DNA of 52,431 bases, counting the filler, from Perkinsus olseni (lineage: Eukaryota), in assembly GCA_013115125.1 (NCBI GenBank). It is 2 parts of 2 records of this genome, joined end to end, with 100 filler letters (N's around TTAATTAATTAA, not from the genome) between each part and the next. Parts side by side here need not be neighbours in the genome. Positions count along the whole stretch, not along the records: positions 1 to 26,200 come from JABANN010000487.1; 1 more part is not named here. One strand, given 5' to 3'. Numbering within the stretch: the stretch's first letter is position 1; each line of letters starts with the position of its first letter. This document shows, piece by piece, positions 1-23,600 of this stretch. Both the position numbers and the translations under genes were made by a program. The notes under the pieces were generated by a model. The model had not been told where the DNA came from. It worked only from the letters and a program-made list of their open reading frames with translations, and did no database searches.

Positions 1-1340
1 AAGTTAACCCTCAACTTTTGGGGTATTGTGTTATTTATCAATGGTCACGCCTACTGCAAGTTCCTCTGACATGATGATGTCGTTATTCGCCCGGACGCTA
101 GTCGAGGTCCGCAGACTATCGTGAGTCTCGAGGATGTTCGCGATGCCGACCAGTGTGTGGATGGCAGATCGCTGCAGGGCTGGGAGTACATACCTCAGCA
201 TAGAAGCACAACAAATTTTGAGGGAACATAGGCGCTCAACTCTGTGTGCACCATCCAGGATATCTTAGAAGGGAAGTGGGCGTTACGTTCGAGTCCAACG
301 CCCTTAGGAGTCCTAAGGGCGCTGGTCCTAGAGGTCCTAAGTTAGAACCAATGGCGATGTGCTACTAGCTTAACGATAAGCTTTCTGCAGCGTTATTCAG
401 TTAGCCCGAGGGCTGCCACGACCGTAAAGAGAAAATCGTCCAGCCGCAAAAAAGCAAAGGAGTGGTTGATGCCGACGAGCTCGCGGAGACAGCGCGCTCA
501 TGCAACAGCACAGCCATGGAGCCCTCAGCTCAGCAACGCTGGTGAATGGCGTTTGAGAATTCCACTCATCATGTGGTCTCGAGCGGTTAACAGCCGTCAC
601 TTCAACTGGAGTCTGTTTTTTCATTTTCCTGACACGCCAATAGAATCTTAGAGCTTGGAGCTACTAAATTTTGCCCTTTGTGCTGAGAGACGTGGCAGCC
701 ATAACATGTACAGCACGATGTATAAGGAAATCAGCTTCAATCAGATGCTAGTGGATGACTTAATCAGTGTAGTTGAAGATAAAATCTCAGGATTCCACCA
801 ACTCTATACTTTTAGAGTTCCCAAAGCTAGAGCTCAAGATGTATATCGTACTGGGAATCCCAATGGTTAACAGAAGCTCCACTAGAGTACCAGCATCAGC
901 CCGATCGAAGCTTGCCTCTTCTAGTGGATGGTTGCAGTCGGTTCGTCCGTTGCTGAAGAGGGCGGGGTCGGCGATGAGACCGTCAAGCTGGCTCATCAGC
1001 TGCCTGGCCCTGAGAACACTTGGTGGTGGGGAAGCGGCCTTTACTGAGGTCGATGATAGGGACATTCCGGAATGTGGATTCTCCTAGCATCAAGCTTGGA
1101 TACCAAAAGATACCCCAGAGGGAACGATGGCATTGGTTCTAAGACTTGATATTTAAGACCCGGACCATCGCCAGCCTGACGAGCAACCGCCGTTTGATGC
1201 AAACCGTCTCAACGCGACAAATTATCGCCGACAATTCCTCAAAATTCATCTCACAATCATCAGCTTGCAGAGTTCAGAATCCACATAAATACTGGGCGGG
1301 CCCGGCAGCTGCTACTTCCCTTTTTGCACCTCCTAGCACT

Positions 1341-11384
<10,044 letters not shown>

Positions 11385-11399
11385 TGAAAAAAGATATCT

Positions 11400-14046
11400 T
11401 CAGCTCCTGCCGAAGGTCAGCGCCAACCTAAGATTCCCTCTCATTAGTTCATACAATCACGAACCCACCCACAAGAATATCCTCAAGGTCGAGCTTACAA
11501 GATGCAAAATAGGTCAACTCCAAGCACACTTACGATCGATAAAGAGTCTCCTCCATTCGTAGGTACGATCATACCACCACACATCTCTCCCGAGCTACTC
11601 TTCATCGCATCAGTAGCGGAGCTCGGCGCCTTGTGCCTGCAAAGCCAGTCCGAAATTTCCAAATTTTCCGACAATCTCCATTTTCCTCGATGACCGCTTC
11701 TCCCTAATTGGCGGAAGCATCTTTCGCTCAAGATACTGCCCTCCTTAACAAGGGTGCCATTTCGGTATGGACCCGGAGGGTAGATTTTCACAAAGCGACA
11801 TGCAGCAAAACACAGCGATTCAAAGCCTACGCTTAGTTCTGTCTGAGTCGTTTGTTATAACAAGAAACGACGAGCCCCGTAAGAATTCTTCCCCGTGCGT
11901 TGCGAGGATACTACATCAGTGCATTCTCCTTCCGCCGAGGCTGCATCGAGTCCCCTGCCCTTATAAACAGCTCCGCTTCGAGCTGCGCTTTGATCTCCAT
12001 CTTTTCGCTCGCCGACAGGGCCGAGTCCGTCGGAACCGGATTGACGGCAGCTTCTCGAACCAGCCTTATGTATCTTAAAATACACTCGCATTTGATTTTT
12101 AAACTAAATTTTCAATTTTTGCTACTCATTCCCATTCGAATATTAGAATATCCCAATGGTTGGAATTTGCAATTTCCAAATTAACTCGGAACACTGTATG
12201 CCCACTTGAAAATGATTTCATTCAAAAAATAAACTTGGCAAAAATGATTTTCTAATCCAAAAATTCGCATGATTTAACATCGCTTTCAGAAAATCCCGAT
12301 GAGAATCCCTTCATATAGCGGTTTCAGAAGCCGCTCTCTTTTCGCCTTCAAAAAAGATAAAACTCGTACTCGATTTTTTGCAGTATTTTTGGTGGAAATT
12401 TTAGGTCGGCCACGGATACTCCCCGGAGAAGCGAAATGATACGATTGGGAACGGAGGCGATAACAACGTCGAGGATCCGCGACGTTCCATCTTTAACCTC
12501 GGATACGACAACCAGAGGCGATTCAAACGTTGCAATATTCGAAATCAACCGCACGAGGTCGCGTGGCTTGGGATTTCCCAGAAAAAAATTCTTTACTCTA
12601 TGGTCAGATCGTTCTCTACTTCGCCGAGTATCGAACCACTCGTCCACGCACGAGTTGAGGTAATTGTTGGCCCTACAAGCCTTCTTTAAAAATGAACTAC
12701 ATTCTGCTTGGACCATCATCAGATTTCCCCCTAATTCTCAACAGCTCTGTCTCTACTTTCCTGTATTTTTCTATTCTCTCCCATACGTTCCAGAGCAAGA
12801 TTCGTCCAACGACCACCGATTTTATTCGTTCACAAGGGTCTAATAAATCCGTCGACCCGGAAATATCTTCGAGGTCGAGCTTGCACTCCACAGACGACAA
12901 AGATACTCTCCCTCCACCACTATTACGACTCAATCTGCCTCTCCAATCGCTTGAGCTCCGATCGTCCAAAAAGATTCTTCGACGGCGCGTCGAAGCTAGC
13001 AGGATTCTGTTTCAAGTAATGTAGCATAACCAACAAGATACGCATTCTCTTGTCCGTGATCTCAACGTTCTTCTCCGCGGCCTGAGACGACGGAGCGATG
13101 CAAAATAATACCAACAATCGTGAAAAACTTTCTAAATTGGCATGGAAGCCAGTGGCGCTACAAAACATCACTAAAAGAACCATGTACTGTTCGAAGTTAT
13201 GGAGGAACATATCAACCGAGGTTTGACCTCGTCATTACGGAGAAGGAAAGCACATCAGTTTCGAGCCCAGCACCGTTGGACTGACAGCCGATGTAGACAC
13301 ACTTGTGCATCGGCGGGCCCTCTTAGAGCGGAAAACCCTGGCCGATGCGCACAGGAAAATTACGGTCAAAAACCAGCAGAAGAAAATGCCATTGCGTTAA
13401 ACGAAATTCACCGCCCCAGAAAGTTTACCCAATCTCGTGAAGGACGACATTGCCGAACAATTCGGAACGATCCGCAAATTCCGAAAAGTATGAGTAAATT
13501 TTGACCCTCCCCTCAGATGGCGACCTCAAATCTCTTGACCTCCTTTTCGACACGAAAGACGCGAAAATCAGGATGGGGAGTTACAACTCGGACGAACGAA
13601 CTATCACCGAGCGCGAAGGTAGAATTGTCCACTTCCCGGGAACTTCTAACAGCCTTTTTATTAGCGCCATACTGAAAATTAGACTCTCGCGATCACCGCC
13701 CAGAGAACACTCGCTAGGAGGAGAAATCGTTGAGCTGGGAATAGAACCCATGCCTCTCAATACCGATACCTCTCCCATCCCGGCGTCTATGGGATTTCTG
13801 TGATTACAAACCTTTTAGGGAACTCGATATTTCCCGAAAATTCCGATCTAATTTTTCCCGTAAAAAATTAGAAACTTTTCATCCAATTGTAGTCCAAAAT
13901 TTCGTAATTTTACCAACCGCAATTTCCAGAAAATAAAAATTACCCCCAGTCCCCGCTATCACCTGTTTTATTATCCCGCAGATCTTGCTGTACTCGCCAC
14001 GCTCGTCTGGAGCCACCGGTCCGCCATCTTCCGCAGTCGAGGTCAT
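11400..14046 (-). CDS. Upstream exons, probably the N-terminal part of the SNF2 gene (or a separate hypothetical gene)
   Basis: Candidate first exon MTSTAEDGGPVAPDERGEYSKICGIIKQ (14046-13963) ends at a GT donor. Further exon-like segments include KSHRRRDGR/ASVLWAVIAR, AAEKNVEITDKRMRILLVMLHYLKQ and YIRLVREAAVNPVPTDSALSASEKMEIKAQLEAEL. Not fully threaded. Confidence 0.5.
13731..13758 (-). other. Degenerate T-arm motif in predicted intron 13714-13769
   Basis: Minus strand reads gagaggcatgggttctattcccagctca. Confidence 0.45.
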
Positions 14047-14567
14047 TGTGCAGAGCAACCCGAAGACATCCTGTTAGGGGGTAATACCGAGAAGCGAGAA
14101 ACACCCGTGCTCCATTCATGCCACATATATCGGGCGCACGCTTATGATGAGACTTCAACGGAAAAATCTCACAAAGGGGACCCTCGGTTGTGTTGATAGG
14201 TCAGTGCGTTGTGAACTCCCGTTGGCAGTTTTCGTCTCCCTAGCCCTTTCATCTGTATGAGTCGGACGCACGGTAAAAACTGTTATGAAAGTTCATCGGA
14301 AAAGAACTCGACAAGTCTTATATCACCACGTGCCAATAAGGGTGGTACTCACACTAGCAGCACTGATAAATGTCTATTGATATCTAGATACCTGTACGAT
14401 AGCGATATTCTTCTTCTTCGTGGGCGGCTTCCCTTCGACCAGCAGAGCGCAGCAGCGGGCTGAGTCACGAGCCCTGGGAGAAACCGTTAGACAGTACGTT
14501 ACAGCACAGAGAGCGCGGTAAGTTGGAGGCCCACCCAGAGGTCTCCCAGATGCCAGCAAATGGCGAT

Positions 14568-14830
14568 TAGAGCTGGGCAACCGTACTGGGGTCGAGGGAA
14601 GTACGGTACGGAGTACGTTTCAGACTGTCAACCTAATACGGCTACGGAGAACTAGTACGTATTAAATATATTAAACAACGCATACGTGCATTGAATTACG
14701 CCGTACTTCAAGTACGGCGTACTAGTACGGTACTTGGGAACCGCTGCGACGGGTAGTTCGGTTACGGAGCCGTACTCGTACCCGTACCGTATGCCGTACT
14801 AGACCGTACCCGTACTGTCGCCCATCTCTA
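14568..14830. mobile_element. Non-autonomous hAT-type MITE (263 bp)
   Basis: TIRs tagagctgggcaaccgtac and gtactgtcgcccatctcta; perfect 8-bp TSD atggcgat at 14560-14567 and 14831-14838; interior rich in CCGTAC/GTACGG repeats. Confidence 0.93.
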
Positions 14831-15663
14831 ATGGCGATACTGAAATTATAGTTATTTATATGAAGTAAGACGTTGCACATTTATTTGCGCTGAATTTTTC
14901 TGACGACGAGATCCCAACAACCTTCAGATCATCACTGCACCTCAAGGCGAGGAAATTGGATCCATCATGTCCTTCCAAGAGAAGGAACCAAAACAAGTTT
15001 AACGGCAATCACCATTGGCCTTATTTTAATCGGAAACTGGAAAGTGTTGGAATAATGCCTGGACGTTCACACCCGCAAGAAGGACCCCCTTAAGCACTCG
15101 GAGGGATTTCGAGACCGCCCCAGACACCCCAACCACCATTGGCACTGTCTTATGGAAAAGCCCGGATACAGTAAAGGAAACTCTATGCGTAAGTCTTATT
15201 GATATACGTATTTGTTATTGTACTCAGAGGTGACAATATATATGATATTATTATCATTATTCTCGTATTTGTTGCAATGATAATAGTAGATCAAAATTTA
15301 CGTTATTCCTAATAATATTCCTAGTCCAAGATACAGGGGTAAACCCGTATTTTCTTGTCTATCTTCTTGTCTCGAGAGGATCAGAAAATTTCCGGATTTC
15401 TGTTAATTATTGACAGCACATCAAGATAGAAAAAGTTTCGTCGGGAAATTTTATTCTCAATCTTACTGAGATCGATCTGCGTGAACTCCACCCTTGCAAA
15501 GCAACCGAAACCGCAAAAATGAAATAGTTACTATCACTTTATAATCTACAAAGATAAACTAGAAAGTATGAGTAAGGGCATGGTGAACCAATTCACGAGT
15601 ACTTCAATAGGTGACCGAGGGCAGCGCGGTTTATTGCGCTGTACGAAAGTACGGTTTGAAAAA

Positions 15664-15694
15664 TGGAGGGCCTGGGGTTCGAACCGGCGACCTC
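15664..15694 (-). other. Intergenic tRNA 3'-end-like fragment ending in CCA
   Basis: Minus strand reads gaggtcgccggttcgaaccccaggccctcca. Confidence 0.6.
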
Positions 15695-15849
15695 AAAAGC
15701 TACACAACACTTCAACTCGGTATTGAACTGCGAAAGTCGTCTACGACGGTTCTTGAGATGCAGCCGAAGTGGCAGTATCAGTACGTAATATGAACTAGCA
15801 ACTTGTTGTCTTAAAATTGCGTACGACTGTGCGTCTGCGTGCTAATGTA

Positions 15850-16400
15850 CGCAGACACACAGGGAGGGAGTAGGAGGACCCCTCCAACGCATTACGTTGT
15901 GTTGAATAGAATAGTGCGTAGAAAAGTATAACAAAGGAACGGTTGTGCTAGGGAGCACAACTAGGCTCCTACAACATCTCCTCACTAACGAGAAGCATGT
16001 GGTGCGAAACTCTACGCCATCAACGCTGGGAGTCAATCAAGATGTATTAGTTAATGAAGAGCTGTTAGGCGGAACGACTCTACAGTTCCGCGCGTCGAGC
16101 TCAATCCTGAGATGCTCAGGAGAGGTATCACCAATATCCCTCCTTCTACGTTGGAAAATCAGAGTAGAACGCGTCCTGTGCATAGCGAGAGTGAATCACC
16201 TCTAGAATTGTTTCTAATCATACCGATAGACTCGTTGTCGTGTAGAACAACCTTCGTGTTGGTACCAGACAAATTCGAGGGAGAAAGTATTCAACGCTTG
16301 CTGGTTGCCACCCAAATAGAAAACACAACAAGTCTCTCGAGATTCATGTAAGTAATGAAGATTACTTCATACTTTCATATCAGTACTCCGTCGACTTGAA
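15850..16400 (-). pseudogene. Heavily decayed coding-like remnant, possibly a retroelement integrase C-terminus
   Basis: Minus frame ISRDLLCFLFGWQPASVEYFLPR… carries many in-frame stops. The family assignment is weak. Confidence 0.25.
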
Positions 16401-16512
16401 CTACTCTCACTGAGAGAGATCATCACCAGCAGATTATAAAGAAATAACTCCTTGTTTACTGGAGCTTTGCATGCAATTATATAAAGTCAGTTAAATGACC
16501 GCTGAGGGCAGA

Positions 16513-18462
16513 TCACAGGATGGACAAATCAGACGTTCGCAGTTTCCTCATCTTCTCAGGTTTCACCAGCGAGGGGAGGCGTAGCGTCGGCAGGACGAAG
16601 CCGCGGGTACGGTAAAAGCGCCACCTGCGGAAGGACAAATCACTCCATGCTATCAAGAGACCCTCTCACAGGAAGAAGCATGCAACGGCGATGATGATGA
16701 CCACCAGGAGGATTGCGATCACAAGACCGCCGCTGCCGCCTGACCCGCCATCGCTAGAGGCCAACTCTCCCTGATGCACCAAATCATCACGAGAGAGTTG
16801 TGATGAGAAACTGCGATGCTTACCATGCTGTCATCTCCCTCGGGAACGGACGATATGAGAGCACTGCAAGGACTGAGATGAAGGAAACATCCAAAGAACG
16901 ACGACCGAATCGCCTCTCCTACGCAGAGCCAACCGTCTCCCAGCCGTCGTCGCACACGCAGTCCTCGTCAGCAGGAGACCAAACACCGTGCTCACCGCAA
17001 TCACCAATACCTGACAAGTGAATTCACAGCAAACGCCTCCAGGAATCCTTACTGGGAGAACCCGTCGGAACTCCGATTCTTGGATCCCCATTCTCAACGG
17101 TGTACTCAACCGGCGTGTCACCGGGACCGGACGAGCTTGTCGTAGATTCACTGGCCCCGAGACCCGTAGTAGACTCGGTCGTTGCAGGCGTCATAGTCGT
17201 GAAGGCTGTCGCTTCGGACGTAGAAGGAGCCTCAGAAAACAGCGGCGTCGTTGGTGATGGGCATATGCATTGGCTTCCTCTCCCGGCGCTTGCCACAGCG
17301 GTAGTAGTGGACGTGCTAATAGTAGTTGTAACCAAGTCAGTAGTTGACGTCGGTTCGGTAGCCGCAACAGTGGTGGTCCGAACAGATCTAATGTAAGCAG
17401 TCGTTGTAGTCGACGTGGTGGTTGTAGTAGTGGTCGTTGTCGTAGTAGACGTTGTCGTCGTTGTGGTGGTAGTAGTTGTTGTTGTGGGATACCTCAAGTC
17501 CATCCACTCCTCGTAAGACACTTGACGAGGCGTGATGATGACCGTCTCTTCTGGACAAGCCCTAAGACACATCACTAAGACAGTCCACATAACAATCAAC
17601 TACTCTACCTCATCTTTAGAGACGTATCATGCGGAGAAGTCCGGTAAAACCCTGGCAGGCACCAGCAGGTTTGGTAGTCAGCGTACCAATTGTAAGTGCA
17701 CCAGGACGGCGGGCTCTCATCAGGGTACCCTAGAATGCCCAAATCTTATCCACTTTGAATGAACTTGCCGTACATTTAGCGGTATGATGGGCGCCGCCAT
17801 CAGCTGGGCAGTCGTCGTCCAAGGAAGGCCCATGAGGAGGGAGCAAGACCGACTCCGGCGTCTTCTCGTAACACCTGAGGGCGGCATGCAAAATTTATCG
17901 GCGCCGCGGACGCTACAGCCAATCTCGATTCTTTCTGCCATGGTCGTTGCCCTTGTCATTAGGATCGAGAATGCAACCTGAAAAACCCCATGGGCTCACA
18001 CGCTATCAAACAGATTTTTTCTTACTGTATTTCGAGGGAGCGTCTTTATAGCCCTTGGCATCTTGCTGCTTCTCATGCAAACGAACACAAAACCTGAAAA
18101 TGCAAAAACTCTCGGCCACCGCGCCGGCACGGAAAATGACACCGAATTTGCCTTACTCTTTGATCTCCTTCTGCCGAGAGCCGTAAACGACGGCATCTTC
18201 CCATTTGCCAGAGCACTTGAACTTCCCAGGCTTCTCAAAACGACCTCTTCCATTTGCGTAGACATCCCACTTGAAGCCTTTGAGCACGGTGAGAATCTTA
18301 ACTCGCCCTGAAAACAATCACCATCACCGCGGGGTCGACGCAAGATCTGCCGAGAGCATAATACTTACAGGCGCTCCTGTTGTCCTTGGGTAACTTCGTT
18401 CCGGTCGCCATCAACGGCGACAGCACTAGCACGGCTGAAAGAGTAGAAGAGAGAAGATGCAT
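16513..18462 (-). CDS. Type-I membrane surface glycoprotein: signal peptide, Cys-rich region, EGF-like motif, Thr-rich mucin stalk, EGF-like motif, TM helix, short tail
   Basis: About 11 exons threaded with GT-AG introns: MHLLSSTLSAVLVLSPLMATG…, CTYNWYADYQTCWCLPGFY, poly-Thr (about 17400-17490), CGEHGVWSPADEDCVCDDGW, LVIAILLVVIIIAVACFFLW, RFYRTRG…SDLSIL*. The junction after the mucin exon is less certain. Confidence 0.82.
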
Positions 18463-18629
18463 AGCTTGACAGACGAAGCAAATCAACTGCCGCGGAATAA
18501 GAAAAAGAACCTTGAAAATACAGAGCACTTCGAGAACGCAGAGCGAGAACAGGACTGGGACTGATGTACACGAAGTAACAAGCTAACTCATGTGGAGTTT
18601 GATGGTTGATCGGATACAAGCCCGAGGCT

Positions 18630-18705
18630 GGGCGTTTCTGAAGGACCGTTTTGAAACGAAACGAAACGAAACGGTCGAGTAGGAAACGGCTTCTCCGAAA
18701 CGCCC
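18630..18705. repeat. Short fold-back element with (GAAAC)n, possible MITE remnant
   Basis: Inverted ends gggcgtttc and gaaacgccc flank tandem gaaac units. No TSD seen. Confidence 0.45.
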
Positions 18706-19133
18706 GGGAGCGGAACTCAAATCTGTCTTGAGATTGCCCTACTCTGTACCTGATCGTACTTGCTCATAGAGAGTACTCTCTCACCGTGAAAGTTTCTCCC
18801 TAGTTTCGAGACTCATTGGTGCTAGTCTGACTAAGTCGGTTCTCGGCGTTGGACGTGAAACTCGCACACACGCAGCGGCACTCGAGTAGTGTGTCGTGGT
18901 ATTGCACAGCAACCAACCAACTTTACACGTATTATCCGCTCAGTCGAGTTCGCCACTCGCGTATCTATTCTCGCGTGAAGACACTGAGGGAGGCTGCGAA
19001 AAAGAACTTCAGTGAAGCCGCGGAGACACTTCACGTTGGAAGAACACTAGGGTGCTACTGCTCTCGGACAAGCCACTGCAATCATAGTTTCTAGCCTGTA
19101 ATTGCACTTGTGTCTACTACGCACTTACCAGCC

Positions 19134-19229
19134 GCAATAACGAAACAGCCTGTTTCGTTATTGCCCCTCGTAGATGACCTGATCTTCAACAGGTCTTCAC
19201 GGACCTGTTTCAAACAGGGTGGTGAAGAC
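19134..19229. repeat. Two adjacent palindromes with 1-nt spacers
   Basis: gcaataacgaaacag-c-ctgtttcgttattgc (perfect 15-bp arms, 19134-19164), and gtcttcac..cctgttt-c-aaacagg..gtgaagac (19193-19229). Confidence 0.9.
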
Positions 19230-20657
19230 AGTCTTCTATCCATGCCGCCGAACAGACACTCACGCGGGTAATTCCGACATTACTCGTTCACGCACCGCTA
19301 CTGCTTTTTTATGGCGGGATCGACGTAGTAAGAAATTAACAGCAATCTAAGTTCGTCTCACAGACTAAGAATAGCTTTATCTGCTATACTCATCGACGGC
19401 AACTGGTTAAACGCAACAGCCGATTTCTGGCAAAGTAGGGATTTGGTAAGCACCGCCCACTCTCCCGTATCAAACCATCGTCGGCATGGACAGAATAGTT
19501 AACTTCATGATAATAAACAACTCACATGAAATGGTAAAGAGCCCCAGTGACCGACAACTCATGCGATGGGCGCACGCTGTGCTATTACAGTCGACCGACG
19601 TCATCTCATTCCCCACCTTCTCACTAACACAGTCACGACGTAGACGTAGAGTGGCGCCACCCATCAGCTGATCCCGAAACTCTACGCGACATCTCAACCG
19701 AAGATGCCAATGGCCAGGGGGTTCCATCACGCACACGCTAAAGCGTCTCCAACCCAAAAATCTGGTCGCTTGCTATGTGACCGCACTGTGCTTAGTTGGG
19801 TACAAGTCCTTGTTCACGTTTTCTGCACTGCGGGCGACAGAAGAAGAGTTTAACTGGACTCCTCCGTCGTTAGCTACGACATTCGAAGCGTTCGAAAATA
19901 GCATAGCCGCGCACATTGCGGGCAACTAACCAACGGGATCAATCCTTTCTCGTTTTAAGGGGAGCACTTCCCCCAGGCGACAGCACGCCCACGACGCATC
20001 AGACTGAAGGTGATTGAGACACTTGCATTTTCTCTATTAAAGGCCGCTCAGGTATGGCACTGTTTCGGCTCTAGCGAGAGGGTAATAGCTGTGTAGCATC
20101 ATCATAGTCCTCTCCCTACTCCACTCCGTCGAATTGTTTACGGACCGCAAAAGAGTATGGCATCTTCTGAGAGCGTTGAAAAGCAAACACCCGCAGCGCT
20201 TCGACCGACGGAGTCCGTTCAGATCGTGACCCCCCAACACTGAGTAAGTTGACAGCGGTGCAACAGACGATTTCGATCTCGCAGAGCCCAGTTGGGTAAC
20301 GCGACTCGGCAAGTAGGGAAGCCAGCGCACTTCTTCTGAGCGGGCGCCGCTTCGTTCCATTCAAACGTATCATTCAGCCGATAGCTCTTTCGCCGCATCG
20401 TATCATTGCATGACGAAACAGAAGCATTCGCGTTACCCTGGCTTAGAAACAGACCAGGCTACGACCGACAAATGCGCGACCATCGCACTCGATTTGACAA
20501 TAGGATAAGGATCAGAGGTCGATCCCGAATCTCCCAACTCAAGGACCAGGTTTTCCGGACGAGAAGCCATAACATGTCGATTCAATCAGCAATATCTTTG
20601 GCCTGATCGAGCAGCGCACCGGAGTTACAAAGAAAAGGGCTTCCCTCTCGACGGGCG

Positions 20658-23600
20658 TCAATTAAAAACAACAAACCTTCGACGAGTACAGAGAAGCCCG
20701 TATCGACACGTTACCAATGGCCTCACCTGAGCGGGCGGGAACAGTAGACCAGGATTCGACCGGCAAACTCTGATCAAGTCCTGGAGCTGGATACGCTCTT
20801 CTTGCGTCGCCTTCGGGCCTGCTGCTGCGAGTACCGCGCGAACTCGACGATTCAAGTTTGACTTTCTCGAACCTGCCGGAGCGAAACGCGGCCAGGGCTC
20901 TTCTTGAATCGGCCATGCTAGACCGAATTCTCTGAAGAAAGTCAAACGAAGAAAAGAACGGAGTCCAACAGAGTGAAGAAGGTCGTCCAATGTCTCAAGA
21001 AATAGATAGAACATAAAATTCGCAATCACAAGAAGAAAGAATTCCTCCCGGAAAGGCTGGTCACGATTTCTCAAAACCTCCGTTCGTGTCAGCTAACAAC
21101 CTATCATCAAGAGTGATCGCTTCTCAGTGACCCAAGCGAATTGACCTCTACAGCCCGTGCGATGGCCAACTTCGCAAAGCGGAGTCACTATTACGATGTA
21201 CTCGAACCTGCTGTTTTTGCTGTCGCAACAAACTAGCTGAGGGCATGGATCTGACAGCTTACCGTGTGAGCACGCGAGATTAGCGCGGATTATCTTCTCC
21301 AGTTCTTCCTTGCCAATGGAACCGGATGCATCCTCATCGAAGAGCATGAAAGCAAACCTCATCCGTTCGATCCTGAGCGGCAAAACGATTTTCCCAGAAT
21401 CCTTTATTCTTAATAATTGAGCCGTGAGAAAGGTTCTTTCTTTGACTTCGAGCCGCATCTCAGACCGAAGGGTGAGGGAAGTGTTCCGTAGCGCCATCGG
21501 CTGCGGAGCTAGTGGGCGATACTGTGTGAACTATGCCATATGAGCTTTGAACTCTCTGTATACGCGAGCCAGTAGGAGGCTTAGTACGCTGAGGCGTTCG
21601 TAGTAGCTAAGTTCCGTCGTGTATTCCCAAGTTCCTCTCTGAACTAGGTGGCTGTTCTGTCATCACCACTATATGTCATGTCCCTGGTCACGAAATGGCG
21701 TCAAGATTGGCGGCGAGGTGTGTAGATCTTGGGTTCTTCAACGACCTCAGGCTCACTTGCGTTTGTCATTACGCACCTTGGTTTGTAGAAGACAGTTCCT
21801 GTCAGAAGCCGACCTAACTGCTTTGGGTGGCGAAGCATTGAAAGCTAACATTGGAGATGCACCCGTTAATCGCGGGATGGCTTTAAACGCGATATGATAA
21901 TCGCGGAAACCTTGATGTGGCAATCGACTTTGCAATCAATGTTGAAAAAATTTTTTGGGGACAACCACACGCGGCTTTCGGGGTTTACCTTTTTTCTCGC
22001 GATTTTCCGCGAAGTGAAATTCGAGATGTGGTTTTTCGCTAGCGTTTTCCACTACGCCGGCGCATCCCCATTGCAGCATACACCTGTCTTTCCTGTGCGA
22101 TTCCGAATCCCGACAATTAGACTCTATCACAGTGCTATTGCCTAACAACTTCGCGCGCGTAGTGTAGTAAGCTATCACCTAAGCACTCCCGATAACGGTG
22201 TCGAGTGTTGAAACGTTCACATGCGAGAAGTTGCTCACCCAGTTATGCTCGTGAAGTTGCACATGCCAACCAAAAACTCCCGGACATCCAGCGACCCATT
22301 CTCCTCGTTGTCGAATAATTTGAATATCGCCTCCATCTGGCCACTACCATCACGTTCGAGGATCTGAATTAGATCATCTGATGTAACGATGATGGTATAG
22401 TGACACCATTTTTGCATGTGCCATAGTGGCCTCATTTTTGCATGTGCCATAGTGGCCTAGAAATCTTCACTGAGTCTGAGCTCACGGAAAATTCTCAATC
22501 ATATAGTCCTTCAGTTGCGGTTATTTATCGCAATTTGCGATCGCAAAAATGCGTCACCCGCGTGACACTGCGTCTCGCCATACCTGGCAGAACTGTGCAT
22601 AGTCGATGACGCCCCTCCGGCGTATGTCAACTGCCTTGAAGCGTCTAAATAGACGTTTCACGAAATCGCCCTTCAATTCACCGCCGTTCTGATCTGTGAG
22701 TTCGCGCATCTGATTCGGCAAAAGCGTCAAGGCTGTCGCCCTACCACGACGCGAACCCGACAGCTTACGAAGTCGGCTGTTGACGAGTCGAATCGTTCGC
22801 CCATCTCAATTGAGGTCGCACGCAGATTTCCAAAACTGTGCTCTTGCTCCTCATTGTCCATGCCCGACATCGCTGCCAGCGGCATAGGGTCTTCCTTCGT
22901 GAGTTTCCCGACAAAGGTGGGTTGCCGCTGAACCCGGCCAGACTTCTTCGATTTGCCGCCCTTGTTCGCTGTGTCATTCTGAACAAGCTCGTCCTGCGAT
23001 CAACACTAATGGTGAAATGTAATTCGCATAATGTTGTCTGCCCCGCCATGACGAGCGGAGCTCACGGTTAACCGAGTCGGGCGAAACCTCGAAGTCACAG
23101 AGCAGTCAAGCGCGCAGAATCGACCTTACCACAACTCTCGCTTCGGCTCAACGCTCGAACCGAGAATGCCCTATCTAGTCGATATTTTTGCAGTAAACCG
23201 GATAGAGTAACAACAGAGTCCTCCAAAAAGGCTCCAGCGCCACGTCAACAGGCACTCATTAGTCGCGATGAAGCCACCAACTCAGCGAGAAGTTTCCTCG
23301 TACGCAATTTGTCGCTGACCTTGAAGTTTTGCGTTGCGCCTTTCCGAGTGCCGAAGGCCGTCGCCACGGCAGCCTTGTTCTCGACCTGTTGCCTGTGGTA
23401 ACTTCTCGCCAACTCCTCTTTGCGGTTCTGCTCCGCCAAAAGCCTGATCGTTTCATACTTATCGGTGACACACGGGGAAAGGTGTGTTAGGCCATGTATT
23501 TCGAAGTGGAAGTGTCGCGGCTCAACCACAGCGGAGCGAAGCGCATCTTTCTTTCATTCCGTGCTATTCTAACTCACCGAAATACACAAGCCCACCTGGC

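Noticed and set aside
787-1065. 92-aa minus-strand ORF
   Set aside because: Continues into a stop-riddled frame with no recognisable family or splice structure.
14583-14815. Regularly recurring GTAC motifs suggesting a CRISPR-like array
   Set aside because: No constant-length repeats with unique spacers; the TIRs and TSD explain it as a MITE.
19470-20600. Several short ORFs on both strands
   Set aside because: No motifs, paralogy or consistent exon structure.
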